In this document: one piece after another, positions 28,565 through 38,074 of the stretch
Layout of the letters: each line of letters begins with the position of its first letter
How positions within the stretch are numbered: the first letter of the stretch is position 1
Assembly: GCA_965262915.1 (NCBI GenBank)
Contig: OZ253564.1
Location: 3,488,001-3,552,000, forward strand
DNA: 64,000 nt
Direction: 5' to 3'
Source: Candidatus Spongiisociaceae bacterium
GTDB taxonomy: Bacteria; Actinomycetota; Acidimicrobiia; Spongiisociales; Spongiisociaceae
Position numbers and translations under genes: made by a program
Notes under the pieces: model-generated
Databases searched by the model: none
The model's input: only the letters and a program-made list of their open reading frames with translations
What the model was told of the DNA's origin: nothing

Positions 28565-29540
28565 TTCCGGGCCCCAGGTGGCAGAGCAACCTGCGCCGCT
28601 CGTCCGGCTCGTGCTGCGGGAGAGGCTCGCGGTCACACACCTCCATCCGCGATACGCACCTGTCCCGGAAAGCGCACAGGTCGTACACGTCTGTCATCTT
28701 CGGCACGAGCCCGGGTATCGAACGGGGCCGCTCACCGGTGCGCAGATCGACGCACTCGAGCAGTGCTCTCGAATACGGATGGGTCGGCTTGTTCAGGATC
28801 TGCTCCCGGGGACCGAACTCCACCACCCGTCCGGCGTACATGATGCCGATATGGCGCGAGACCCGGGCTACCGCACGCAGATCGTGGGAGATGAACAGCA
28901 GGGCGGCGTTGCGGGCGCTGACCTGCTTCTCTAGTAGGTCCAGAACCCGGATCTGGGTGGTCATGTCGAGGCCGGTGGTCGGCTCATCGGCCAGGATCAG
29001 CGCCGGGCCACAGGCCAGAGCCAGCGCGATGTTCACCCGCTGCGCCATCCCACCGCTCAACTGGTGGGGGTGACGCTTGAGCACGACATCGGGATCGCCG
29101 AATTCGAGTTCGCGGAGGGTGGATCGGGCGAACTCCTCCGGATCCCCTTCCGACCGGTCACGGTTCGCCTTGAACGCGTCGACGATCTGGCGCTTCACGT
29201 TCAGCATCGGATCGAGCGCCGACACCGGGTTCTGGTAGATCATCGCCACATCCGCACCGCGGTACGCCTGCAACTCCTCGGGATTCATATCGAGGACGTG
29301 CCGTCCGTTCCACTCGATGGCGCCGCCGGTGATCGCTCCGCCCGGTGGCATCAGTCGGAGGATCGACCGCAGGGTCATCGTCTTCCCCGATCCGCTCTCA
29401 CCTACCAGTCCTACTGTCTCGCCGGGATACACCTCCAGGTCCACCCCCTGGAGCGGGTGGACCGGCCCGGAAGCGGTACGGATAGTCACCTCTATGCCCG
29501 AGAGAGCCAGGAGGGCGCCGTTGGGGGTTGCTGCCCTCAC
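28557..29540 (-). CDS. Oligopeptide/dipeptide ABC transporter ATP-binding protein
   Basis: GESGSGKT, LSGGMAQR and ADEPTT motifs; GTG start overlaps the permease stop. Confidence 0.92.
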   Translation of the reverse strand: MRAATPNGALLALSGIEVTIRTASGPVHPLQGVDLEVYPGETVGLVGESGSGKTMTLRSILRLMPPGGAITGGAIEWNGRHVLDMNPEELQAYRGADVAMIYQNPVSALDPMLNVKRQIVDAFKANRDRSEGDPEEFARSTLRELEFGDPDVVLKRHPHQLSGGMAQRVNIALALACGPALILADEPTTGLDMTTQIRVLDLLEKQVSARNAALLFISHDLRAVARVSRHIGIMYAGRVVEFGPREQILNKPTHPYSRALLECVDLRTGERPRSIPGLVPKMTDVYDLCAFRDRCVSRMEVCDREPLPQHEPDERRRLLCHLGPGNG

Positions 29541-30430
29541 GACGATGGGCTCGTCGGGTCGATGGGTACGTCTGACCCCATCGAGAAGCCGGTGAGGGAG
29601 TACACGGAGAGCGCGATCGCGGCCCCGGGGAAGAGAGAGGCCCACCACTTGCCCTGGATGATCAGGGTAGCGCCCTCCCTGATCATCGCACCCCACTCTG
29701 GGTTGGGGGGTTCGATTCCGAGGCCGATGAAGCTCAAACCGGCGATGATCTGGATTGCGTAGGCGCACGTCAGGGCGAAGAGCGCCAGTATCTGGCCGCG
29801 GGCGTTGGGAATGAAGTGTTTCCACACGATTCCCCAACCGCCGAGACCGCTGCACTTGGCCGCCTGGACAAACTCGGCATCCGTGAAGGGAATGAGAACG
29901 CTGCGTACCTGGCGCACGTAGGAAGGGAAATTGACGAACGCGATCGCGATGACGAGAACCACGATGCCCGTATCGAACGGACCGAAGATATTCAGGGTAC
30001 CGAGGGCGGCGAACAATGCCAGCCCGAGGAGCAGCACCGGGAACGATTGCAGCACCTCCACCACCCGGAGCACCACGGTGTCCACCCAGCCCCGCCGGTA
30101 GGCCGCCCATGCCCCCATAAAGGACCCCAGACCGCCTCCCAGCAAGACGCCGATGAGGGCCAACGTGAAGTCTATCCGTGCACCGGCCACAACCCTCGAG
30201 TAGATGTCAAGCCCAAGGTTGTCGGTGCCGAACCAGTGCTCCGCCGACGGAGGGTCCAGGGTGTTGAACGGATCGGGACGGATCGGGTCATGGGTAACGA
30301 TCCAGGGACCGATTATGACGATCAAGAGCAGGAAGAAGAAGATCGAACGTCGCACCGTCTTGCCCGTCGTGGGACCGACGAATATCCGGGAGAGCAGACT
30401 TCGGTCCGTCTGTGAACGAGTGACCATCAC
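29537..30430 (-). CDS. Peptide ABC transporter permease (OppC-like)
   Basis: HWFGTD.LG.DIYSRV, EAA-like loop, LSFIGLG and PEWG motifs. Confidence 0.92.
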   Translation of the reverse strand: MMVTRSQTDRSLLSRIFVGPTTGKTVRRSIFFFLLLIVIIGPWIVTHDPIRPDPFNTLDPPSAEHWFGTDNLGLDIYSRVVAGARIDFTLALIGVLLGGGLGSFMGAWAAYRRGWVDTVVLRVVEVLQSFPVLLLGLALFAALGTLNIFGPFDTGIVVLVIAIAFVNFPSYVRQVRSVLIPFTDAEFVQAAKCSGLGGWGIVWKHFIPNARGQILALFALTCAYAIQIIAGLSFIGLGIEPPNPEWGAMIREGATLIIQGKWWASLFPGAAIALSVYSLTGFSMGSDVPIDPTSPSS

Positions 30431-30433
30431 CCG

Positions 30434-31414
30434 TCAGTCCCGCACTCGCGGATCCATCGCGTACTGCAGCAGGTCCACGATGAAGTAGAGAACCACGTAA
30501 ATGGTGGCCGAGATGATCACCACGCCGAGCACGATGTCGTAGTCCGAGAACTCCATCCCCCAGACGGCGTAGGAACCTATCCCCGGCCAGGAGAACACCA
30601 CCTCCACCAGCACGGCTCCACCAATTAGGTAGCCGAACGTCATGGCCAAGAGGTTGAGCACGGGCGGCGAGGCGTTGCGGAAAACATCGCGGATCATGAC
30701 CTTGCGCCGGCTAAGGCCGTAGCTATGGGCGGCCTCCACGAACGGACTCGCCAAGGCCTCCCTCACCGCCGCTCGGGTGACCCGGAACATGGGCGGGCTG
30801 CTCGTGATCCCCAGCGTCACCGCTGGAAGGATGAGATGCCGTAGGGCCTCCCATGCCAATGCCGGATTGCCGGCGAGCAGCGCGTCGACCGTGTAAAAGC
30901 CGGTGACCATCGCGGGAGGATCGAAACCCCGACCGAGGCGCCCGAGAGGGGCAGGGAACACAGGCCATAGAAAGTAGAGCAGGAAGATGAGCAGCAACCC
31001 TAGCCAGAACGCCGGAACGCTCACCCCGAACTGGGATATCCCCTCACCGAGCTTGCCGAGCGGTCCGGTGGGCCGCACGGCGGCGCGGACGCCTAGGGGG
31101 ATTGTCCAGATACTGGCCACCACCATGCTGAAGAAGACCAACTCAGCGGTGGCCGGGAGCTTGCGAGCTATATCTTCGGCCACCGGAACGAAGGTGCGCC
31201 GGGAGGAACCGAGGTCGCCCCGCAGGAGCGCGGTGACATAGGTCGTGAACTGAATGTGGATCGGGTCGTTCAGACCCATCATCTCCGCTCTAGCTTCGAG
31301 TATCTCCTCATTGACCTGGATCCCGACGGCGGCGTACAGCGGGGTTCCGGTCGATCGAGTGACCGCGAAGGAGAGGACCACCACCGAGAAGAGCACCACG
31401 ACGAGAATGGCCAC
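30434..31414 (-). CDS. Peptide ABC transporter permease (OppB-like)
   Basis: GDLGSS, HLILPAVTL and EVVFSWPGIG motifs; frame stays open to about 31501, so the true start is probably further upstream. Confidence 0.9.
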   Translation of the reverse strand: MAILVVVLFSVVVLSFAVTRSTGTPLYAAVGIQVNEEILEARAEMMGLNDPIHIQFTTYVTALLRGDLGSSRRTFVPVAEDIARKLPATAELVFFSMVVASIWTIPLGVRAAVRPTGPLGKLGEGISQFGVSVPAFWLGLLLIFLLYFLWPVFPAPLGRLGRGFDPPAMVTGFYTVDALLAGNPALAWEALRHLILPAVTLGITSSPPMFRVTRAAVREALASPFVEAAHSYGLSRRKVMIRDVFRNASPPVLNLLAMTFGYLIGGAVLVEVVFSWPGIGSYAVWGMEFSDYDIVLGVVIISATIYVVLYFIVDLLQYAMDPRVRD

Positions 31415-31523
31415 GCGGTTGGTGAGGAACAGCGCCCATCTGCGCAGGCCGGAAAACCGCGACTCTGCCTCACCCTGCCGTGTTGGTGCTTCTATCTGCA
31501 GCTCCCGGTGGATCGGGACCTAG

Positions 31524-31550
31524 AGGGGGACCGGAGCTACCCGGCCCCCT
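31524..31550 (-). terminator. Intercistronic hairpin after the substrate-binding protein gene
   Basis: AGGGGGACCGG-AGCTAC-CCGGCCCCCT stem; no clear U-tract, so more likely an mRNA stabiliser or attenuator. Confidence 0.5.
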
Positions 31551-31573
31551 CCAGATCGTGGTTTCTGGTACTA

Positions 31574-33376
31574 CTAGGTCCGTTCCAGGGCTGCGAACCA
31601 CAGCAACCCGTCGGGATGGTGGACGTATCCGCTGATGTCATCACGCAAGGCCAACGTGAAGTTGGCGTTAGCGAGCCACAGCATCGGCGAAGCTTCGGTT
31701 ACCAGGCGGATGGCCTCCCGGTACGGCTCCCGCAGGGCATTGTCATCGAGAACGGACGCGTTCTCTCGGATGATCTGGTCGACTCGCGGGTCCGTGAATC
31801 CGGTCCAGTTGATGACCGTGCCGGTTTCCCACCACAGGTAGAAGTGGTAGTACGGATCGTCGATGTAGTCGAGAAGACCGCCCCGGAATGCCGCCTGGTG
31901 TTGGAGGTTGCTCACGTTCAGGACCTCGAACATCTCCGATCCGCTGACCGGACGGATTGTCATGTCAACCCCGATGTCGGCGAAGTTGGCCTTCAGGTTG
32001 GCAGCGATGGCATCGTCGAGCGCAACACCCTGGCGGATGACCAACTCGAACTCGAAACCATCGGGCGATCCGGCCGCCGCTAGATGCTCGTGCGCCTTGT
32101 CGGGGTTGTACTCGTAGACCCAACTGTCACCGAGGCCGAACAGGTCGAACACCCTCGCGTTGACCGACATCGGTCCCTCAGCGTGGACGGCATGGCCCTT
32201 CAACACGCCGTTGACTATTGCGTCGTAGTCGACGGCGTAGGCAAGCGCCCTGGCAAGATCCGCGTTGTCGAACGGAGGTTGCTCAGTGTTGAGCATCACG
32301 TTCATGGTGTTCCGGTCCGGTATGGACAGGACCCTCACACCATCGGATGCCCCCGCCAACTCCAACTCTTCAGCGGACATGTCAAGTGCAATATCCACGT
32401 CGCCGTTCTGAAGAAGAGCGAGACGGTTGGAACTCTCGGGTACGACGAGCAACTCGACGGTGTTGAAATATGGTTGCCGCCCGGGCCAGGTCGGATTGGC
32501 CGTCAGGACCATCTTGGAGCCGCGTTCCCAACTGTCTAGGACGTAGCGGCCATTCCCGGCAAAGTTCTGCGACAGCCATGTGGCACCCCACGGATCGTCG
32601 TCGGTGGAGTTCTCCGCGACAGCCACGGAGTCGATGACACCCATGCTCTGGTCCCTCATCAGAGGTAGCACGATGGTCGATGGCCGGATGTCATGCAGGA
32701 TGAGCGTTTGGTCGTCCACCCGTTCGACCTGGTCCATGCCGTGCAGACCGATGTTGCCCCACACCCAGGCCGGTCCCGAGGGAAGCGCGAAGGCCCGCTC
32801 GATCGTCCAGATGACATCGTCGGTCGTAACCGCGCGGCCGCTGGACGGGAACACCAGACCTTGCCGGAGCTTGAGGGTCAGCTTCGTGCGATCGTCGCTG
32901 AAGTCCCAGTTCTCGACCCAGCCGCCCTCGAAGGCGGTGGTGTCGGCGTAGGAGTAATCCCCCTGGGACGGTCCCGGCAGGTACTGGACCGACTGCATGT
33001 AGGTGTTCTTGAGAACCAGGTTGGTCAGGTTCGCTTGCCCGAAGTTGGGATCGAGGTGCTCGACATCGTCCTTCATGGCGATACGGAGAGTCCGGTCCTC
33101 CTCCACCATCACTTCGACGGTCTCGGTAACCACCACTTCCACTTCCTCGGTCACCACCTCGGTGACGGTCTCCGTCTCGGTCACGATCGACGTGACAACC
33201 ACTTCCACTTCCTCGGTCACCACCTCGGTCTCGGTCACGACCTCGGTGACGGTCTCCGTCTCGGTCACGATCGACGTGACAACCACCGTCTCGGTGGTGC
33301 CACAGGCGGTCACGACCAGAGCCAAACCGAGCAGAGCCGCCATGATCGGTGGCGTCCGTTTCCAAAGCATCTTCAT
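31574..33376 (-). CDS. ABC transporter substrate-binding lipoprotein, family 5
   Basis: Lipobox VTAC, LDP and GNGRY.L.SW motifs; GGAGG RBS. Confidence 0.9.
   Translation of the reverse strand: MKMLWKRTPPIMAALLGLALVVTACGTTETVVVTSIVTETETVTEVVTETEVVTEEVEVVVTSIVTETETVTEVVTEEVEVVVTETVEVMVEEDRTLRIAMKDDVEHLDPNFGQANLTNLVLKNTYMQSVQYLPGPSQGDYSYADTTAFEGGWVENWDFSDDRTKLTLKLRQGLVFPSSGRAVTTDDVIWTIERAFALPSGPAWVWGNIGLHGMDQVERVDDQTLILHDIRPSTIVLPLMRDQSMGVIDSVAVAENSTDDDPWGATWLSQNFAGNGRYVLDSWERGSKMVLTANPTWPGRQPYFNTVELLVVPESSNRLALLQNGDVDIALDMSAEELELAGASDGVRVLSIPDRNTMNVMLNTEQPPFDNADLARALAYAVDYDAIVNGVLKGHAVHAEGPMSVNARVFDLFGLGDSWVYEYNPDKAHEHLAAAGSPDGFEFELVIRQGVALDDAIAANLKANFADIGVDMTIRPVSGSEMFEVLNVSNLQHQAAFRGGLLDYIDDPYYHFYLWWETGTVINWTGFTDPRVDQIIRENASVLDDNALREPYREAIRLVTEASPMLWLANANFTLALRDDISGYVHHPDGLLWFAALERT
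33110..33298 (-). repeat. Intragenic V/T/E-rich repeat linker
   Basis: 45-nt exact duplication at 33158-33202 and 33242-33286; protein VVTSIVTETETVTEVVTE occurs twice. Confidence 0.9.
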
Positions 33377-33501
33377 ACTCGCCCTCCTCCAGGCTGGTCA
33401 ACGATCCGTTAATCATATTTGACACACTGCGCGATCCGCAATTGGAGAGGGTGGGGTCCGTTCTAAACGGCACGTGTCCTTCAACCGATCGGAAGCGGCT
33501 G

Positions 33502-34257
33502 CTACTCCCGGTCGGCCATGAAGCTCTCCCACCATGTTTCGCACAGGTCCTGTATGTCTCCTTGGGCAGCCCGGTAGTCGTACCAACTGTTCAGCCAGTT
33601 CAGGAATCTCGGATCCCCTGGGCGAATGGAGACCTTGTTGTGTTCAGTCGAGAGGATCACCAGCGTGCCGTCCGGCTCCCGCAACAGCGCCAGTTCCGGA
33701 TTGAGCTCGAGGTATCGCCGTGTCACGGCGTCCCCGACGATGGCATCGACGCTTCCGTCCAGCAACAGGCGGGTCGGGTTCGAGGCGTCAACGATGTTTG
33801 CCGTGGGGAAGAAGCGCTCGGCGACGTCTCTATTGCTCGATCCATGCCACACCCCGATTCGAAGGCCCTCTCGATGCAGCGACTCGATCCCGTCGCGGGC
33901 CCTCTCAGCCGGTACCTGGCATGTGATCCGTATTTGCATGAGACGGCCCATGACGAACTCCACCTGCAGTGCTCGCTGCGGGATGAGGGTGTGTTTGGGG
34001 AGAAGGTCCACCCGGCGGTCAAACAGAGCGGGGATCTGGTCCGGCCACAGAGTCTCGATGATCTCGAGCTCGACGCCGAGGTCCGACGCGATCATCGCTG
34101 CTACCCGAGGAGCTACCCCTTCGGGCTGGCCAGTCTCGGGGTCTCGGTACATCTCGGGCGGATCGCCCGTGTCGGGGTGACCTAGAAACTCGATCGGAAT
34201 CCTCAGGGAGCCCCGGTCCAGAATCTCGTCCAGGGTCGATTCCCAGTCGACAGCCAT
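33502..34257 (-). CDS. Polar amino-acid-type (family 3) solute-binding domain protein with no signal peptide
   Basis: STLDEILDRGSLR, DLGVELEI, W..IPAL and GDPRFLNWLNSW motifs; AGGAGG RBS before ATG 34257. Confidence 0.8.
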   Translation of the reverse strand: MAVDWESTLDEILDRGSLRIPIEFLGHPDTGDPPEMYRDPETGQPEGVAPRVAAMIASDLGVELEIIETLWPDQIPALFDRRVDLLPKHTLIPQRALQVEFVMGRLMQIRITCQVPAERARDGIESLHREGLRIGVWHGSSNRDVAERFFPTANIVDASNPTRLLLDGSVDAIVGDAVTRRYLELNPELALLREPDGTLVILSTEHNKVSIRPGDPRFLNWLNSWYDYRAAQGDIQDLCETWWESFMADRE

Positions 34258-34635
34258 ATCTTTCCTCCTGCAATACACCCGGCGGAACGCAACTCCACGT
34301 ATGGTCGACACTCTAGGAGGGTGGTCTAAAAGGGTGGGGAGCAACGGCCCGTCGTCCTCTGAACAGGCATTGTGTCATCAGACGACGAGCCAACCGCTAC
34401 CACCGTTGTTGAGCATTGTCCTAAAACGCAACTCCCACCCCACCAGAACCAAGCCGGAGACCCATGGCATGGGCGCCATGGGGAGATCCCTCAGCAAGCC
34501 CGCGGGTGCATCAGCCACCCGAGGCGCTAACCGAGACTATCGCGACGAGATCTGACCGCTGAGCACCGAGCCCGGGCGACCCACGAGTCCGAGTGTACGA
34601 TTCTCCCTCCGAACTGAGATCAAATGGGAGGACCG

Positions 34636-35049
34636 ATGCCCGTCATAAGACTCGCCGATGTACCGGAGGTCGCCCAGATAGGGCCCGACCGGGACACGAT
34701 CGTGATGAAGAAGGTCATCGGATCCGCAGAACGCGACCCCGCTTTCGAAATGCCGGACGAGACGCCGTCGTTGAGCATCACTCACGTCAAGATCTGGGGA
34801 AGCCTCCAGCGCACCGCGAATGAGGAGACCGATCGCGCGATGTTCATCGTCGATGGAGATGGAGTTGCCCGGGTCGGTGACGAACGGTCTCAGCCATTCG
34901 GTCCCGGCGATTTCATTCTCATCCCTAAAGGAGTGCCCTACGAGTGCAACGGAAACTTCACTTACCTGGTGATCAACAGTCCTGCTTACCGTGAAGGAAC
35001 CGATGTGGCCGACCCTGCCTACGACAGTGCACCGGTGAGACACTCGTAG
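34636..35049 (+). CDS. Cupin-domain protein
   Basis: FIVDGDG and GPGDFILIPKGVPY motifs; GGAGG RBS. Confidence 0.78.
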   Translation: MPVIRLADVPEVAQIGPDRDTIVMKKVIGSAERDPAFEMPDETPSLSITHVKIWGSLQRTANEETDRAMFIVDGDGVARVGDERSQPFGPGDFILIPKGVPYECNGNFTYLVINSPAYREGTDVADPAYDSAPVRHS

Positions 35050-35280
35050 GGGTCTTCAGCGTTCCAAAGACGGCCTGGCAGTTCGCTCCTGCCCGGAAAC
35101 ATGGCGTACAGGGTTCACTAACTCGATCTCTGACCCGCCCCCCACATGGGGGGCTTCCACACCAGGCCAAAACGAGAGGGTAACCTCCGACAGTAGGCCA
35201 AGCTTCGCCGTCGGCCACCCACCAGGGTTACGGTCGCCAACCCCTACCGAGTCAGAGCAGAGAACAGGATCGTTCGACCG

Positions 35281-36300
35281 TTGAACCCGACCACCAAGGG
35301 GACGCTGTGGGCCGTGGCCGCGGTCGCCACCGGCTCCTGGTTGCCTTTGTTCTACTTCTTCAGCCATGTGAGCGACGACCCCTTCGTGTGGCGCTCCTGG
35401 CTGCTCACCTTCCAGGTGGTGGCGTTGCTCCCGGCGTTCGCCCTGATACCGAGCAAGAAGAAAGATTGGAAGGAGAACGCCCGTCGGCTGCTGTCCTACT
35501 GGGGAGACGGGGGAGAACCCGTTCGCGTCAAGAGCCCGAGGGAGGTGGTACGAAGCCCGGCGTTTTGGATGGTGATCTCCTTCACGTTCGACCTGGCTTT
35601 CTGGGTTTGGGCGGCGACTCTGATCGACCCGCTGGTGGTGACCATAATCTTCCAACTCATGCTGATCGGGGTGGTGTGGTTGGCGGCGAGGCTGGGCAGG
35701 AAGATATCGTCCGGACATCAGGCGTCCCCGCACGTCATAAGCGGCAAGCACTGGGCGCTGATACTCCTCTCCTTCGTGGGCGCCGCCCTCGTCATCTGGT
35801 CGGAGACGGGCGCGGTCAGCGCCCTGAACTGGATGGGAATAGCCGTTGCGTTCGTAGGCACCGCCACCGCCACCGGAAGTCTGTGGGGAACCGTCTCCAC
35901 CGGACGCCTCCTGGGATGGCCCGGCGGCAACCCGCACGATCTGGTATGGAACGCCACTTTCGCGGCGGTGGCCGGACGGGTTGGCGCCCTTCCCCTGACC
36001 CTGTTGGGAAGCGTCCTGTTCTTCCCACCGACCGGCAACAGCTTCGACCTCACCTGGACGATCGTGGGTCTCCTAGGCCTGACCGGAGTGTTCAACGCGG
36101 TCGGAGCGCTGAGCCACCGATACTCCCTGTATGTGACCTCCAGTTTGAGTGTTCAGCGGATCATGTTCTTCTCCCCGGTCCTTCAGATGCTCTGGTTGTG
36201 GATCTTCGCCGATGTCTCGATCACCAACCCCCGAGCCCTCCTGATCGGCGCCGGAATCGTGCTCCTCTCCAATGTTGGATGGCAGACCAAAGCCGTGTAA
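35281..36300 (+). CDS. DMT/EamA-like 10-TM membrane protein
   Basis: About 10 hydrophobic segments in two halves; ending LLIGAGIVLLSN. Confidence 0.65.
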   Translation: MNPTTKGTLWAVAAVATGSWLPLFYFFSHVSDDPFVWRSWLLTFQVVALLPAFALIPSKKKDWKENARRLLSYWGDGGEPVRVKSPREVVRSPAFWMVISFTFDLAFWVWAATLIDPLVVTIIFQLMLIGVVWLAARLGRKISSGHQASPHVISGKHWALILLSFVGAALVIWSETGAVSALNWMGIAVAFVGTATATGSLWGTVSTGRLLGWPGGNPHDLVWNATFAAVAGRVGALPLTLLGSVLFFPPTGNSFDLTWTIVGLLGLTGVFNAVGALSHRYSLYVTSSLSVQRIMFFSPVLQMLWLWIFADVSITNPRALLIGAGIVLLSNVGWQTKAV

Positions 36301-36444
36301 CCAAACCCCACTCACAGGCCGGCTGCACCATGTTGATCAAGGAACGCACCGCGCAAGACGCCCTTCGCCAGACCCGGCGGTCACTGCGTTCGGCATCCGT
36401 CAAGGCTTTGATTTGACGGCCGACGCCGTATCGTTCGGGAAGTC

Positions 36445-37968
36445 ATGTCTGCTCTAGTAACCGATCTCCTGGACAGGTCGGCTCGTCTGTATCCCGATCG
36501 GCGCGCGGTCCGGATCGTGGGAGGGACATCCCTCACGTACGCGCAGTTGTCGCAGCGGGTGGAGAAGGTGGCGGGGGCATTGGCACGGTTGGGCGTCGGA
36601 AATGGCGACCGGGTGGCGGTGATGGCGCCCGCCGGATTGGCGTTCTTCGACGCTTATCTGGGATCCGCCTGGCTGGGCGCCGCCGCGGTTCCCCTCTCCA
36701 CCCGGCTGGCGCCGGCCGAAATCGCTGGACAGCTGTCCGACGCCGATCCCCGCGCCGCGATCGTAGGGGCAAGCTACGGCGACAGGGTGTTGCAAGCCTC
36801 CCTCGGTGGGATGATCGTGATCGAGCACGACAGCCCCGAGTACCGCCGCCTGCTCTCCTCGTCCGACTCCACTCCGGTAGCCGCCTCCCCGGAGGACACC
36901 ACGTTGATCATCTACACCAGCGGCACAACCGGCGATCCCAAAGGGGTGTGCCTCTCCCACGCCGCTCTCACCTTCAACGCATTCGTGACTGCCGTCTCAC
37001 AGGATCTCCGGCATTCGGATGTGTACCTCTCGGCCACTCCCCTCTATCACGCATCCGCGGGACTGCGAGTGATCACGATGCTGGTGGACGGCCAGACCCA
37101 CGTCGTGCTCCCCTCGTTCGATCCCGAGGCCGCCATCTCGACGATATCCGGAGAGGGGGTCAGCTCCACCATCATGGTGGCCACCCAACTGCAGAGGATC
37201 CTCGATTCGCCCCGTTTCGATCCCGACCACTTCCGTTCCATGCGGCTCCTGCTCTACGGAGCCGCTCCCACCCGCTCCAACCTGGTGGAGAGGATGATGG
37301 CTTCGCTTCCCTGCGGCCTCTATCACGGCTACGGGTTGACCGAGGCTGCCGGGGTATGGGCTGCGCTCGGGCCGGAAGAGCATCATCGTATGGTCGGGAG
37401 TGAAGGATCAGCACTGTCGTGCGGTCGTCCCATCCTGGGAGTAGATATGGCTATCCGCCCCCCCGAAGGTAGGGAGGCCGAACCCGGGGAAGTGGGAGAA
37501 CTGCTGGTTCGTACCCCCAAACTGATGTCCGGCTACTGGAGACAGCCCGAAGCCACTGCCCGGGCTATTCAGTACGGCTGGCTCCATACCGGTGATCTCG
37601 GCTATCGCGATGCGCACGGATACATATACCTCTCAGGACGCACCAAGGAACTGATCATCAGCGGGGGCGTGAACATCTACCCACCGCAGATCGAAGGCGC
37701 CCTCTCCCATTACCCCCAAGTGGCGGAAGTTGCGGTGATCGGCCTCCCCGACGACCAATGGGGGGAGGCTGTGACGGCGGTGGTGGTGCCCCGGCCGGGC
37801 TCCTCCCCGACGTTGGCGGAAATCGCCGACTGGGTCGGCGCCCGGCTCGCCGCCCATATGAAACCCAAGCGGTTGATACTCACCGACCGACTGCCCCGCG
37901 GCGCCACAGGCAAGGTCCAGAAGCATCTGTTGGTCGAATTGCATCGCGGTGGGGAGGGCTCTAGATGA
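36445..37968 (+). CDS. AMP-binding acyl-CoA ligase
   Basis: YTSGTTGDPKG, YGLTE, TGDLG, GGVNIYP and TGKV motifs. Confidence 0.93.
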   Translation: MSALVTDLLDRSARLYPDRRAVRIVGGTSLTYAQLSQRVEKVAGALARLGVGNGDRVAVMAPAGLAFFDAYLGSAWLGAAAVPLSTRLAPAEIAGQLSDADPRAAIVGASYGDRVLQASLGGMIVIEHDSPEYRRLLSSSDSTPVAASPEDTTLIIYTSGTTGDPKGVCLSHAALTFNAFVTAVSQDLRHSDVYLSATPLYHASAGLRVITMLVDGQTHVVLPSFDPEAAISTISGEGVSSTIMVATQLQRILDSPRFDPDHFRSMRLLLYGAAPTRSNLVERMMASLPCGLYHGYGLTEAAGVWAALGPEEHHRMVGSEGSALSCGRPILGVDMAIRPPEGREAEPGEVGELLVRTPKLMSGYWRQPEATARAIQYGWLHTGDLGYRDAHGYIYLSGRTKELIISGGVNIYPPQIEGALSHYPQVAEVAVIGLPDDQWGEAVTAVVVPRPGSSPTLAEIADWVGARLAAHMKPKRLILTDRLPRGATGKVQKHLLVELHRGGEGSR

Positions 37969-38074
37969 TCACCAACGCCCTCCGCGACGATCCGACTGCC
38001 GCCCCGGTAGTCGATCGAGTCGTGATGGAAGGAAAACCCGCGAGACAGCGCAGCGGATGCAAGAACCTGCCGGA

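Noticed and set aside
35161-35215. c-di-GMP-I or c-di-AMP riboswitch
   Set aside because: Only superficial similarity (a GNRA hairpin); the conserved cores are missing, so it is kept as an unclassified structure.
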